From the IMG/VR virus record IMGVR_UViG_3300042516_001464, positions 3,812-67,811 of that record: 64,000 bases of DNA. The stretch is one strand, 5' to 3'. The notes beneath the pieces were generated by a model. It worked only from the letters and a program-made list of their open reading frames with translations. It was not told the origin of the DNA and made no database searches. Source of the DNA: a virus. The position numbers were made by a program, and so were the translations under genes. Below, piece by piece: positions 42,200 to 51,149 of this stretch (position 1 is its first letter; each line of letters begins with the position of its first letter).

Positions 42200-42528
42200 T
42201 TCGTATCCTTCCCATGAATCGCATTGAGTAGCGCATCATATTCTTTACAGACAAAGCTATATGATCCAATTGGCAATTGTTTGTTTATTGCTACAAGCAA
42301 GCGGCTGGCTGCATCGTGAACTTTTTTGTGGTCATCATATGATACCCACTCTCCATCTGGAACAATCTTCCTCAATGTGTCGCGCTCTAAACGTAGGCTC
42401 AATACCTCTGCTCGTAGGGAATCAATTTCACATTGCGCCAATAGACTGCGATTGTATTCCAACAAATCGTCAGCTCGCCTTGGGCATCTGATGGAGAACT
42501 CTTCTTCGTGGTGTGGCGTATATTCCAT
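42196..42528 (-). CDS. Hypothetical protein
   Basis: PDGEWVSYDD; coupled ORF. Confidence 0.55.
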   Translation of the reverse strand: MEYTPHHEEEFSIRCPRRADDLLEYNRSLLAQCEIDSLRAEVLSLRLERDTLRKIVPDGEWVSYDDHKKVHDAASRLLVAINKQLPIGSYSFVCKEYDALLNAIHGKDTK

Positions 42529-42529
42529 A

Positions 42530-42928
42530 TCAATCTTTCTTCAAGAGTTCCTCAATGATCTTTTCCGTTACTTCATGCAGCGATGGATAACATAGAACAT
42601 GGAACGATGCGCCATGCTTCTTGATAAATGCCGTCCAATCTTTATGCTCTTCTTTAGTGAGCTTGATCTTCTGAGGTCTTGCCTCGCCTGCCTTACGGAC
42701 GATTTCCATCAGCTTGTCTTGCTTCTTGTGCGCGGCAGCTTGGATTTCAGCCCGGTCTGGATAGACGCACTGCCGGATGCTGGTGCAGCCTGGTGCTACC
42801 TTGACGAGCCAGTAGCCTTCATCAAGCCCGTGGTATGCGTTAGGATCATTGATTGGGATATATCGCTTCCCGACCTTGCGGTAGAGTATATCTGACTCTA
42901 CTTGTGCTATGCGTTGTTGTGCGTTCAT
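42530..42928 (-). CDS. Hypothetical protein
   Basis: LYRKVGKRYIP; start just after a leftward promoter. Confidence 0.6.
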   Translation of the reverse strand: MNAQQRIAQVESDILYRKVGKRYIPINDPNAYHGLDEGYWLVKVAPGCTSIRQCVYPDRAEIQAAAHKKQDKLMEIVRKAGEARPQKIKLTKEEHKDWTAFIKKHGASFHVLCYPSLHEVTEKIIEELLKKD

Positions 42929-42937
42929 GCAAAAAAT

Positions 42938-42969
42938 ATCTTGCACTAAATACAGTGTTGCGTCAATAT
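42938..42969. promoter_or_regulatory. Overlapping divergent sigma70 promoters
   Basis: Minus TTGACG-N17-CAAGAT and plus TTGCAC-N17-CAATAT, each ending 9 nt before an ATG. Confidence 0.55.
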
Positions 42970-42978
42970 CTGATTTCC

Positions 42979-43152
42979 ATGAAACACACATTCATTCACC
43001 TTGGCTGCGAGGTTAAGATCGCAGGTAACGATGTCACAATTTATCGGAAAGACGGAGGTATTGATAAGATGAAATTAAAAGTAATCTCAGATCAAGACAC
43101 CGCTGAAGAGTTCATCAAGGACTACATCACGCTCACTATTGTTAAACAATAA
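42979..43152 (+). CDS. Small hypothetical protein
   Basis: MKHTFIHLGCEV..., after the promoter. Confidence 0.5.
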   Translation: MKHTFIHLGCEVKIAGNDVTIYRKDGGIDKMKLKVISDQDTAEEFIKDYITLTIVKQ

Positions 43153-43199
43153 ACCAGAAAAACGATTGACAAATGACAATTGTTTTTTAGGCTTATTGC

Positions 43200-43622
43200 A
43201 TGAGTTGCATACCAGACATTCAAACCACAAACGAAATGTATAATCTATATCTAAAAGGATATAGTATTTCTCAAGTTGGAAAAGCGTTTCAAGTATCAAG
43301 GCAAACCGTATTCCAGAGATTTAAAAGAGCGGGAATGGAACTTCGATCAAAAGCGCTTTTGCCATTCATGGTTTTTAATGGGAAAAAATATACATTAAGA
43401 AATAATGGATATTTAGCCTGCACAGGTGGAGTTCGCTCTTCAATGCATCGCGATGTTTGGTGTTTTCACAATGGGGAAATACCAGAAAATTATGACATTC
43501 ATCACATCAATGGAAACAAAACAGACAATCGTTTAGAGAATCTACAAATTTTACCTAAATCAGAGCATACAAAACTGCACGGATTTAGGGGAAACCAACA
43601 CACAAAAAATAGAAACAAATGA
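43200..43622 (+). CDS. HNH homing endonuclease with an N-terminal HTH
   Basis: YSISQVGKAFQVSRQTV; MHRDVW...IHHINGNKTDNRLENL...EHTKLH. Confidence 0.85.
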   Translation: MSCIPDIQTTNEMYNLYLKGYSISQVGKAFQVSRQTVFQRFKRAGMELRSKALLPFMVFNGKKYTLRNNGYLACTGGVRSSMHRDVWCFHNGEIPENYDIHHINGNKTDNRLENLQILPKSEHTKLHGFRGNQHTKNRNK

Positions 43623-45913
43623 AACCATGCACAATAATAATACCATCGTCCCTTACATCAGTCTTTGTTCCGGCTATGAAGGCATCGGAATTGGACTCCA
43701 CCGCTGTATCCGAAATCTTCGCTGCATCTCTTACTGCGAGAGGGAATCATTCGCCATCGCAAACTTGGTTGCGAAAATGGAAAAAGGATTACTGGACTCA
43801 GCTCCTGTTTTCACAGATGTCACAAATTTCCCATGGGGAGACTTCACTCCATACATGGCTAAAGGAATTTTGTCCTTTGGATGGCCGTGTCAACCAGTCT
43901 CAAGCGCAGGAAAGCGAAAAGCAACAGAAGATGAGCGATGGTTATTCGACATCATCGCAGATGGAATTTCAATTATGCAACCCGGAATGCTCTTCGCAGA
44001 AAATGTCGAAGGACTCTTATCAGCAAAAATGCCAGACGGATCAAGCGTCTTCGGACACTGCATCGAGAGATTGGAGAAGCTACATTATAAAGTTGAGGCA
44101 GGAATATTCAGTGCGAGCGAAACAGGCGCTCCGCACCAACGCAAAAGAATCTTTATCCTGGCCTACCGCGAGGAGCAGGGATTGGAAGGACTCAGGGAAC
44201 TTGAGTCAAACTTCCTATGGAATGACATTGGGCAGGATGGCGCAGCAGAATGCGAATTGGCCTACGCCAGCGGTGATGGATACAACGGGAGGCAGCTACA
44301 AGACGGAATGGGTAGATGGAAGGGCGGTCAGCTACCACAATCACAAAGAGGAGAATCCGGTAGCTTACGGGGCCAAACTTTCGGATGCAGTGGCGAATTG
44401 GCCTACAGCGAGAACATCGGATTGCAAGAATCCATCAATACAGAGAATGAAAGTTGGATCGGATGGTGGAAACAAAATCCAGCTGCGGGAAGCAGTAGCG
44501 AAGGAGGAGATGAGTTGTTCCAATACGGAGGAATTAGTGTGGTTAACCCCAACGACAACACAAATACAGAGGCGGGATATGCAGAAGCGGATAGACTATC
44601 GGGAGAGCATAGGCCGGAAGTATGTGCCGGGTTCATTGGAGGAACAGATGCAGCATCACTCAAACGAACCAGTGAATTGGCCGACACCTACAACAGCGGA
44701 AGCTGGGAAGATATCAAACCAGCCGAATTACGGACAGATATGCTTGAGCAATCATCCGGCAATTGTTGGAACTCCCAATCGTCCGAAGGGGATCAAAGAT
44801 GGCCTTCTCGCCCAGGACAAACACAATACGCATGGGAACCACCCAGAACTATTGGAAAAATGGAAAATGGTTCCTGGTTGGGGCGACAAATATCAAGTCA
44901 GCAATCACGGAAGAATGCAGTCCAAGGCGAGTGGGGATTGGAGAGAGATGACCTTAACAATCAAGGACACGGGATATCTGAATGCGAGCTTGAGGCACGA
45001 AGGAAAACAGAAAAAAGTAACGATCCACATTCTGGTTGCGATGCTGTTTCTTGGGGAAAGGCCAAGTGGATTGGTGATAAATCACATAGACGGCAACAAG
45101 TTGAACAACTGCATTTGGAATCTGGAATATGTGACAGCAGCAGAGAACAACCGCCATGCTCAAATGATGGGTTTGAATTGCACGAAAGGAGAATCCAATC
45201 CAATGGCGAAGCTCAATACAGACCAGGTAGAGGAGATACTACAATCAACGGAATCGCAGTTAGTAATAGCGAAGCGGATGAATGTATGCCAACAAACCAT
45301 ATCGTTGATTCGTTCTGGAAAAAGGTGGAAAGGTTTGAAGCAAGAGTCATGGCCGACACCAACGATGCAGGACGGCAAGCAGGGAGGGATAACTCCATCT
45401 CAGATGGTGGAAGGAGCTGGTCACACGGGACTGCTTCACATTGCAGCAATAAAGCAAGAGCAATGGAGGACACCATCTGTAGCGGAAGCAAAGAATCAAA
45501 ATACATCAACACAAGTTTATCTTCAGAACCAAGTCGGAGCTACTCCGAAACAATGGGCGACTCCTCAAGCGAGCGACCACGTGGAGGGACGCAGGACGGA
45601 CTTGGACAGCAATCAGAAATGTTTGGGGAGAGACATGAAGAAGTGGGCGACTCCGAGTGCGTTCGACTTCAAGGATGGGGAGAGCAGGGAACAATGGGAG
45701 AAGAGAGCTGCATTCCAAGCGGAGAAGGGCGTGAGTCTTCAACTTCCGCTCAAGAGCCAATCGATACAGGAGGCGGGAACGATGAGTCCCAGTTCAGCAA
45801 AATTGAATGCGAGATGGGTCGAAACTCTCATGTCGCTTCCAATGGGATGGGTATGCCCGTCATGTCCAGCCTCTGTGATTCAGAACTGGAAGAAATTTAT
45901 GAGTGGATGGTGA
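43619..45913 (+). CDS. C5 methyltransferase beta frame (WPTP repeats, motif IX-like) with an embedded NUMOD4-HNH endonuclease
   Basis: Nine W(P/L/R/A)T(P/A) repeats; LNARWVETLMSLPMGW; YQVSNHGR...HIDGNKLNN...ENNRH. Confidence 0.75.
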   Translation: MKPCTIIIPSSLTSVFVPAMKASELDSTAVSEIFAASLTARGNHSPSQTWLRKWKKDYWTQLLFSQMSQISHGETSLHTWLKEFCPLDGRVNQSQAQESEKQQKMSDGYSTSSQMEFQLCNPECSSQKMSKDSYQQKCQTDQASSDTASRDWRSYIIKLRQEYSVRAKQALRTNAKESLSWPTARSRDWKDSGNLSQTSYGMTLGRMAQQNANWPTPAVMDTTGGSYKTEWVDGRAVSYHNHKEENPVAYGAKLSDAVANWPTARTSDCKNPSIQRMKVGSDGGNKIQLREAVAKEEMSCSNTEELVWLTPTTTQIQRRDMQKRIDYRESIGRKYVPGSLEEQMQHHSNEPVNWPTPTTAEAGKISNQPNYGQICLSNHPAIVGTPNRPKGIKDGLLAQDKHNTHGNHPELLEKWKMVPGWGDKYQVSNHGRMQSKASGDWREMTLTIKDTGYLNASLRHEGKQKKVTIHILVAMLFLGERPSGLVINHIDGNKLNNCIWNLEYVTAAENNRHAQMMGLNCTKGESNPMAKLNTDQVEEILQSTESQLVIAKRMNVCQQTISLIRSGKRWKGLKQESWPTPTMQDGKQGGITPSQMVEGAGHTGLLHIAAIKQEQWRTPSVAEAKNQNTSTQVYLQNQVGATPKQWATPQASDHVEGRRTDLDSNQKCLGRDMKKWATPSAFDFKDGESREQWEKRAAFQAEKGVSLQLPLKSQSIQEAGTMSPSSAKLNARWVETLMSLPMGWVCPSCPASVIQNWKKFMSGW

Positions 45914-46014
45914 AGTGTGAGAATCGCACGGATGAATTACGCTTGCTGGGTAATGGCGTGGTTCCGGCAACAGCAACGAAAGCATTCATAACTTTATTCA
46001 ACAAACTCAAATGA
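43627..46014 (+). CDS. C5 cytosine DNA methyltransferase, alpha frame (motifs I, IV, VI, VIII, X)
   Basis: SLCSGYEG, GWPCQPVS, AENVEGL, APHQRKRIFI and C-terminal LRLLGNGVVP. Confidence 0.85.
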   Translation: MHNNNTIVPYISLCSGYEGIGIGLHRCIRNLRCISYCERESFAIANLVAKMEKGLLDSAPVFTDVTNFPWGDFTPYMAKGILSFGWPCQPVSSAGKRKATEDERWLFDIIADGISIMQPGMLFAENVEGLLSAKMPDGSSVFGHCIERLEKLHYKVEAGIFSASETGAPHQRKRIFILAYREEQGLEGLRELESNFLWNDIGQDGAAECELAYASGDGYNGRQLQDGMGRWKGGQLPQSQRGESGSLRGQTFGCSGELAYSENIGLQESINTENESWIGWWKQNPAAGSSSEGGDELFQYGGISVVNPNDNTNTEAGYAEADRLSGEHRPEVCAGFIGGTDAASLKRTSELADTYNSGSWEDIKPAELRTDMLEQSSGNCWNSQSSEGDQRWPSRPGQTQYAWEPPRTIGKMENGSWLGRQISSQQSRKNAVQGEWGLERDDLNNQGHGISECELEARRKTEKSNDPHSGCDAVSWGKAKWIGDKSHRRQQVEQLHLESGICDSSREQPPCSNDGFELHERRIQSNGEAQYRPGRGDTTINGIAVSNSEADECMPTNHIVDSFWKKVERFEARVMADTNDAGRQAGRDNSISDGGRSWSHGTASHCSNKARAMEDTICSGSKESKYINTSLSSEPSRSYSETMGDSSSERPRGGTQDGLGQQSEMFGERHEEVGDSECVRLQGWGEQGTMGEESCIPSGEGRESSTSAQEPIDTGGGNDESQFSKIECEMGRNSHVASNGMGMPVMSSLCDSELEEIYEWMVKCENRTDELRLLGNGVVPATATKAFITLFNKLK
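44858..45340 (+). mobile_element. NUMOD4-HNH-HTH homing endonuclease inserted in frame in the beta ORF
   Basis: WKMVPGWGDKYQVSNHGR, HILVAMLFLG, INHIDGNKLNN, GESNPMAKL...TISLIRSGKRW. Confidence 0.75.
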
Positions 46015-46193
46015 CAAACGAACAGAAGGTTTGGCTTGCACTCCAGTCTGCAAAGACTGATATTATTCTTGCGATTTCTGATTACAAAAAACCAGATCGC
46101 GCAGCTTGCATGGATTGGGTAGACCAAGCCACAGCAAAGTTAATGGAGGTTTACGCAATACTGCGAGACGACAAAGGAGGATACGAGCTTTAA
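46011..46193 (+). CDS. Hypothetical protein
   Basis: ATGA-coupled to the alpha MTase frame. Confidence 0.55.
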   Translation: MTNEQKVWLALQSAKTDIILAISDYKKPDRAACMDWVDQATAKLMEVYAILRDDKGGYEL

Positions 46194-46456
46194 TATTTCG
46201 GAGCAATAATGTGGTAATGTGGCGGGTGTTCAAACCTTGGCGGGTCTGCATCTGGTAAACAAGTAGCCATTCCCGTAACCACATAAAACGGGAACTCCAA
46301 AGTATCGTTAAACAATACTTGAACACTACAATCGCTTAGTGTATTGTCCAAATTTGCTGTAGAGATACAGTCATTCGCGTGAGAACGAATGCAACGCAAG
46401 ATTAAATTGAAACCATATATATCGACTACCTCTCGTAGATCATTCTCACCCGTCAT
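46190..46456 (-). CDS. Hypothetical protein
   Basis: Fills a gap between plus-strand genes. Confidence 0.4.
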   Translation of the reverse strand: MTGENDLREVVDIYGFNLILRCIRSHANDCISTANLDNTLSDCSVQVLFNDTLEFPFYVVTGMATCLPDADPPRFEHPPHYHIIAPKY

Positions 46457-46498
46457 TTCAACGGTCTTGCGCTACGAGGGGGGTCGGCCCCATTTATT

Positions 46499-47326
46499 AT
46501 GAATGAATTGAAGAAGGAATTTAGAGGCGTGTGGATTCGCGCCAGTCTATGGAGACGACAAGACTTAACATGGTTTGAGAAATGCCTAATCGCTGAGATT
46601 GATTGCTTCGCTGGAAATTGTTTTGCAAGCAACGCATACTTAGCGGAGATGATGGGAACAACTGAGTCTCGTTTAGCAAATGCTCTGAGCAAATTGAGAG
46701 GCATGGGATTGATCATTGATGGAAGTTTCAATGGTAGAGTTCGCCAGATTTTAGTGTCAAATGAAGTATCATCTGACCCAACGGCAGGGTTCACACAGGA
46801 GTTAAAGCAGGGTTCACCTATATGTGAAGGCAGACTTAACCCCAGTGTGAACATAGATACTACTATAGAACAAAGCATAGAACATACTCCTTCGGAGTTT
46901 GAAAAATTCTATTCTGCATACCCTCGTAAAATTTCAAAAGCAAACGCTGAGAAGGCATGGAAAAAACAGAAGTGTGTCCTTGCCGAAGTAATGCCAGCAC
47001 TTCAGAAACAAATGAAGCTATGGAACGATCCTCAATACATTCCTCATCCAGCTTCATGGCTCAATGGCAGAAGGTGGGAGGACGAATTACCGAGCGGTAA
47101 TAAATCTGCCTCAACGCAATCAAATGTACGAGCAGTCATACCGAGCGGTAACATTGATCCGTCAACCAAGAAGAAGCAATGGTATACACTCTGCGAGGAG
47201 CGTGGAGAGAAGCAAGCATTCAAGGATTGGCTAATGGAAACCCGGCCTGAAGAATGGAGTGATTTCCTGCCGTCAATGGATGTCCGCTGGTGGGTTGAAT
47301 TTTGTAATAGACCAGTTGAGTTTTAG
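46499..47326 (+). CDS. Replication initiator / replisome organizer
   Basis: N-terminal wHTH (ASNAYLAEMMG); FEKFYSAYPRK...PHPASWLNGRRWEDE. Confidence 0.8.
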   Translation: MNELKKEFRGVWIRASLWRRQDLTWFEKCLIAEIDCFAGNCFASNAYLAEMMGTTESRLANALSKLRGMGLIIDGSFNGRVRQILVSNEVSSDPTAGFTQELKQGSPICEGRLNPSVNIDTTIEQSIEHTPSEFEKFYSAYPRKISKANAEKAWKKQKCVLAEVMPALQKQMKLWNDPQYIPHPASWLNGRRWEDELPSGNKSASTQSNVRAVIPSGNIDPSTKKKQWYTLCEERGEKQAFKDWLMETRPEEWSDFLPSMDVRWWVEFCNRPVEF

Positions 47327-47577
47327 TGGATACAATCAAACCGAACACATGAGATACGCGAGACTTCTTTGGCTCTACATCAAGCGCGAATACTACATCG
47401 CGCAGCTGGTATGGCTTGAATTCAAAGTCGCAATCATCAAGTCACTCTCCAAATGAAAGAATTATTATTTATGATAGCATTAGCTATCGCATTTATCATC
47501 ACAATTTCCGCTTGGCAACGGGCAACCAAGCCGGACTTCACAATATGCCCACTCTGCAATCAACACACAAACACACA

Positions 47578-48339
47578 ATGAAAGAATCAGGACATTATTA
47601 CGATCTCACAGGCAAAGCAGTCTTTGAGGTTCCAAACAAATCAAAAGGTGGAATGCGCGGAACAACTCTCCGAGACGCGAAAGCACTTGGACTCCTTCCG
47701 TCAGTAACAACAATCTTCAAATGCCTCGCTGCTCCAGAACTTGATAAGTGGAAGCAACAACAGGTTCTAATGGCAAGTCTCACACTTCCTCGTAACGAAG
47801 GCGAAAGCGATGAAGATTATTGCTCGCGTATTATGACGGATGCCTTCAAGCAAGTGGAGGATGCAGCTGATCTTGGAACACAAATCCACAAGGCGCTTGA
47901 GTTACACTTCCAAGGTCAACCATACGATCCAATCATGGAAGAGTATGTCGCGCCGGTTAAGAAGTGGGTGGATCATAATCGAGTCAAATTTCTACAGCAT
48001 GAACTTCGCCTGGTTAACCCGGAGGTTGGCTATGCTGGAACTACAGACGCGCTCATTGAGAAAGATGGTGTGCTGTATGTCTTGGACTACAAGAGCCGGA
48101 AGACCAAATCGGAATACGAGATCAAGCCATGGAGTAAGGAGCCAATGCAGATCGCTGCTTATGCCCATGTTGCAAAGGCAACCCGTGGTGTGAACCTTTA
48201 CATCAGCACAACAGAACCAGGGCGTATCGGCGAGGCTTGGTATGATGAGAAGACTCTCAAGGAAAACTATGAGGCATTCACTCATGTCTGCAAATACTGG
48301 CAGTTCGCAAACAATTATGTGCCTCCAGTAAGTTTCTAA
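47578..48339 (+). CDS. PD-(D/E)xK exonuclease
   Basis: PSVTTI, GTQIHKALE, YAGTTD..VLDYKS, QIAAY. Confidence 0.8.
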   Translation: MKESGHYYDLTGKAVFEVPNKSKGGMRGTTLRDAKALGLLPSVTTIFKCLAAPELDKWKQQQVLMASLTLPRNEGESDEDYCSRIMTDAFKQVEDAADLGTQIHKALELHFQGQPYDPIMEEYVAPVKKWVDHNRVKFLQHELRLVNPEVGYAGTTDALIEKDGVLYVLDYKSRKTKSEYEIKPWSKEPMQIAAYAHVAKATRGVNLYISTTEPGRIGEAWYDEKTLKENYEAFTHVCKYWQFANNYVPPVSF

Positions 48340-48358
48340 AAAAAATAAAAACTTTTTA

Positions 48359-48386
48359 TTGACCGCATAGGAAAAGCAAATATAAT
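48359..48386 (+). promoter_or_regulatory. Sigma70 promoter (TTGACC-N16-TATAAT)
   Basis: Near-consensus, ends 9 nt before the erf ATG. Confidence 0.7.
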
Positions 48387-48395
48387 AAGAGCCGC

Positions 48396-49100
48396 ATGAA
48401 CACACAAAGCGAAAACATCGGCGAGCTTGCAGCCGCATTAGCAAAGGCGCAGGCCGAAGTCGGAACCGTAACCAAGGATTCAGCGAATCCATACTTCCGC
48501 TCAAATTACGCGAGTCTTGCAGCAGTATGGGAAGCTACGCGTCCAATCCTATCCAAACACCAGTTGAGTGTTGTCCAGATGCCGTCACACGACGAGGCTG
48601 GATACTATGTAGAGACTCAATTGATGCACTCATCTGGTCAATGGATTCGTAGCCGGACTTACATGAAGCCAGCGAAGGACGATCCACAAGGCATCGGTTC
48701 GCTGATTAGCTACGCTCGACGCTATGCTCTCCAAGCAGTCACCATGATTTGCCCTGACGACGATGACGGTGAAGCTGCAATGGGACGCACTGCTCCACAA
48801 AAGGCAGCGCCAAGGGTGGAGACACCTAAAGCTATCGCAAAACGCGATACAGAGGCAACCAATAGCGAAGAACCAAAGCAGAAGTTTAATGGCGCGAAGC
48901 ATCAGGAACTCTTCCAAGAGTTGATGAAGGCAGGTATCACGCAGGATGATTTCATGTCGGCGCTCCGTCATGCTGGAACTATTCCAGAGAACGCTAAAGA
49001 TTTCTTTCTTATGAAGGAAGCAACTGCCCAAAAATTCTTGGGCGAATTAACAACAACAATCGGTGTGGTTCGTGAATGGATCGCACTCTACAAAAAATAA
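48396..49100 (+). CDS. erf: ERF-family single-strand annealing protein
   Basis: KDSANPYFRSNYASL, LMHSSGQW, QGIGSLISYARRYAL, DDDGE. Confidence 0.9.
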   Translation: MNTQSENIGELAAALAKAQAEVGTVTKDSANPYFRSNYASLAAVWEATRPILSKHQLSVVQMPSHDEAGYYVETQLMHSSGQWIRSRTYMKPAKDDPQGIGSLISYARRYALQAVTMICPDDDDGEAAMGRTAPQKAAPRVETPKAIAKRDTEATNSEEPKQKFNGAKHQELFQELMKAGITQDDFMSALRHAGTIPENAKDFFLMKEATAQKFLGELTTTIGVVREWIALYKK

Positions 49101-49104
49101 TAGT

Positions 49105-49326
49105 ATGGCTAAAGAAAACACAGGAACACTAAGTAAAAACAAATACAAAAAAGAGGACAAGCACCCAGACATCAAGGGTAAAATCAATGTTGCTGGAAAA
49201 GAATACGAGCTTGCTGGATGGCAGAACACAAATGAGAATGGTTCGTATTATTCGCTAAAGATTTCAGAGCCTCGCGCTAAGGAAGACTTCAAGCCAAAAG
49301 ATACAGACTTGAACGAGGACTTCTAA
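49105..49326 (+). CDS. Small ssDNA-binding protein (DUF736-like)
   Basis: NKYK..DKHPDIKGKINV.GKEYELAGW; acidic tail ending EDF. Confidence 0.7.
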   Translation: MAKENTGTLSKNKYKKEDKHPDIKGKINVAGKEYELAGWQNTNENGSYYSLKISEPRAKEDFKPKDTDLNEDF

Positions 49327-49336
49327 TTACTCGGCC

Positions 49337-49382
49337 TTGGGGAGGTGGGGTTTTTGCATTTCCCTACCTCCCCAAACATTTT
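49337..49382 (+). terminator. Putative terminator hairpin
   Basis: TTGGGGAGGT...ACCTCCCCAA. Confidence 0.5.
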
Positions 49383-49388
49383 AAATAT

Positions 49389-49535
49389 ATGAAAAAGTAT
49401 CCAGTTCTCGGAGTTATCTTGCCGGATGCGGTAAAGAAAGAGCTAAAGAAACGAGCCGTTAAGAACGGACGATCTATGTCAACAGAAGCTGCGCGAATCA
49501 TTGCCAAGGAAGTTGGCATGGAAGATGCTGAATAA
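49389..49535 (+). CDS. Arc-like ribbon-helix-helix regulator
   Basis: Manually translated VILPDAVKKELKKRAVKNGRSMSTEAARII. Confidence 0.75.
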   Translation: MKKYPVLGVILPDAVKKELKKRAVKNGRSMSTEAARIIAKEVGMEDAE

Positions 49536-49544
49536 GCATTCGCA

Positions 49545-50612
49545 ATGAACACACACACACTGAAGGGTTCTTTCTCTACCCCAAAGGGAATCATAACGCG
49601 CCAGCAACTTGCTGAAATGCTTTCTGGCAAGCATAAAACCGACATCAAGACGGCACTCAAACTCATCTCAATCTGTGAGCGAGAGCTTGAGCTTGAAGAA
49701 GATGCGCCAAACAATCACTTCGCATTATTGGAAGAGGCTTGTGCTATCATTCAGTTTGATCGAGGTGAGATTGACGCAAGGGAGCTGAAGATGACTATTG
49801 TTAAACAAGAACTTGAGGTTGGAACTGAAGAGTCAATTCTCAATGCGGCATTGAATACACGATTGGATAACGGATATTCCAAGTTGTCTGAACGATATGA
49901 TTTCGGTGAGTTTATGACGCAATTCCGTCCAAAGGAAGGGGTTATTCCTACTCCAGAGGACTACGCTGCGGCTATTGGAATGGGCGTTGATATGTCATCC
50001 AAGGGAATGTGGCTTGCAGGTGATGGCATCCGTTACCTTTATGCTACTAGGCATGAGAATGTTCTTACGCAAATCGCGGCAAGCCTCAAGCTATCGTATA
50101 GCCATGTAAGTAATTGGCATCGAGCCGCATCGAGGATTCCTTCTCACCTGCGTAATGAGATTAGCCCAACTGTTGCTGTTGAGATTGCTACGGCAAAGTT
50201 CTCCGACGATGAGCAAGAGAACAACCGCAAAGTGTTGCAACTTGTTGATCAAGCCAGGAAAGAGAAGTGGTCCTGCCAAGAAGCTCGCTCCCATGTGCGA
50301 GCAGAGAAAGGTGGAGTAATTGAGAAACCGGTAAAACTATCTTGGGTTCAAGAGTTTGGTGGAAACGAAGACCTTCTTGTTATCGCTTGCCAATGGTCGA
50401 TTGGTGGTGGTGCTGGAGAATTGGATCAGTTTCATTTCATTGGTAAGTTGGTTAAAATTTTCCATCGTCTGTCTATAAATACACAGGGAGCAATCCGATT
50501 GATCATCAATGATAGGTTAAAGGAGCATGATGCTCTTGAACTTCGCGATTCTGCTGGATTGTTTGACGAAGACACGCTGCAAGAGTTGAGGAAATTGCGA
50601 AATGACAATTGA
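49545..50612 (+). CDS. Hypothetical protein, possibly DNA-binding
   Basis: 355-aa ORF; WLAGD helical motif. Confidence 0.6.
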   Translation: MNTHTLKGSFSTPKGIITRQQLAEMLSGKHKTDIKTALKLISICERELELEEDAPNNHFALLEEACAIIQFDRGEIDARELKMTIVKQELEVGTEESILNAALNTRLDNGYSKLSERYDFGEFMTQFRPKEGVIPTPEDYAAAIGMGVDMSSKGMWLAGDGIRYLYATRHENVLTQIAASLKLSYSHVSNWHRAASRIPSHLRNEISPTVAVEIATAKFSDDEQENNRKVLQLVDQARKEKWSCQEARSHVRAEKGGVIEKPVKLSWVQEFGGNEDLLVIACQWSIGGGAGELDQFHFIGKLVKIFHRLSINTQGAIRLIINDRLKEHDALELRDSAGLFDEDTLQELRKLRNDN

Positions 50613-50910
50613 AATTATTAAAGGCAGTGATAATCCTGTATCGGATTTTTTCTCATCGCCATCCAACACACCAGAGACGAATGCACTAACATCGGTTGGA
50701 TTGGAAAATGCCGACCGAGAATGTGTGCCAGCAGATTTTGCACGAAAACTAGAGCGAGAGCGCGACGAGGCGCGGGAGCAAATCAAAGAGCTGATTTATA
50801 TTTCAGAACGGGCTATCGCTTTGGCTGAAATAGATTTTGAAAACGACAAGTTTGGAATCGTGTCTGAACTCTGGGATGGGGTGGAACGGATAAAGGAGGG
50901 CGCGAAATGA
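50602..50910 (+). CDS. Hypothetical protein
   Basis: TPETNA...VPADFARKLERERDEAR. Confidence 0.55.
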   Translation: MTIEIIKGSDNPVSDFFSSPSNTPETNALTSVGLENADRECVPADFARKLERERDEAREQIKELIYISERAIALAEIDFENDKFGIVSELWDGVERIKEGAK

Positions 50911-51149
50911 AAGAGTATAAACGATGCAGAGAGATAGGAGTGACTATAATCCAAGAACCAATGAATCATGTAAACAGGAATAATTTACATGAGTGCTTAA
51001 CGAAAGCTGGGATGAGTTCAGAATTATACTCCAAGTTGTATGGAGTCCAGACGCAATACATCGGAGGACCATACGCCTGGGATGTTGAAGCCGTTCTTGA
51101 GCGCATGATGTCCGGCAAACTAACTGGAACTCAACTCTTGATGGACTAA
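50907..51149 (+). CDS. Hypothetical protein
   Basis: Coupled ORF. Confidence 0.5.
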   Translation: MKEYKRCREIGVTIIQEPMNHVNRNNLHECLTKAGMSSELYSKLYGVQTQYIGGPYAWDVEAVLERMMSGKLTGTQLLMD

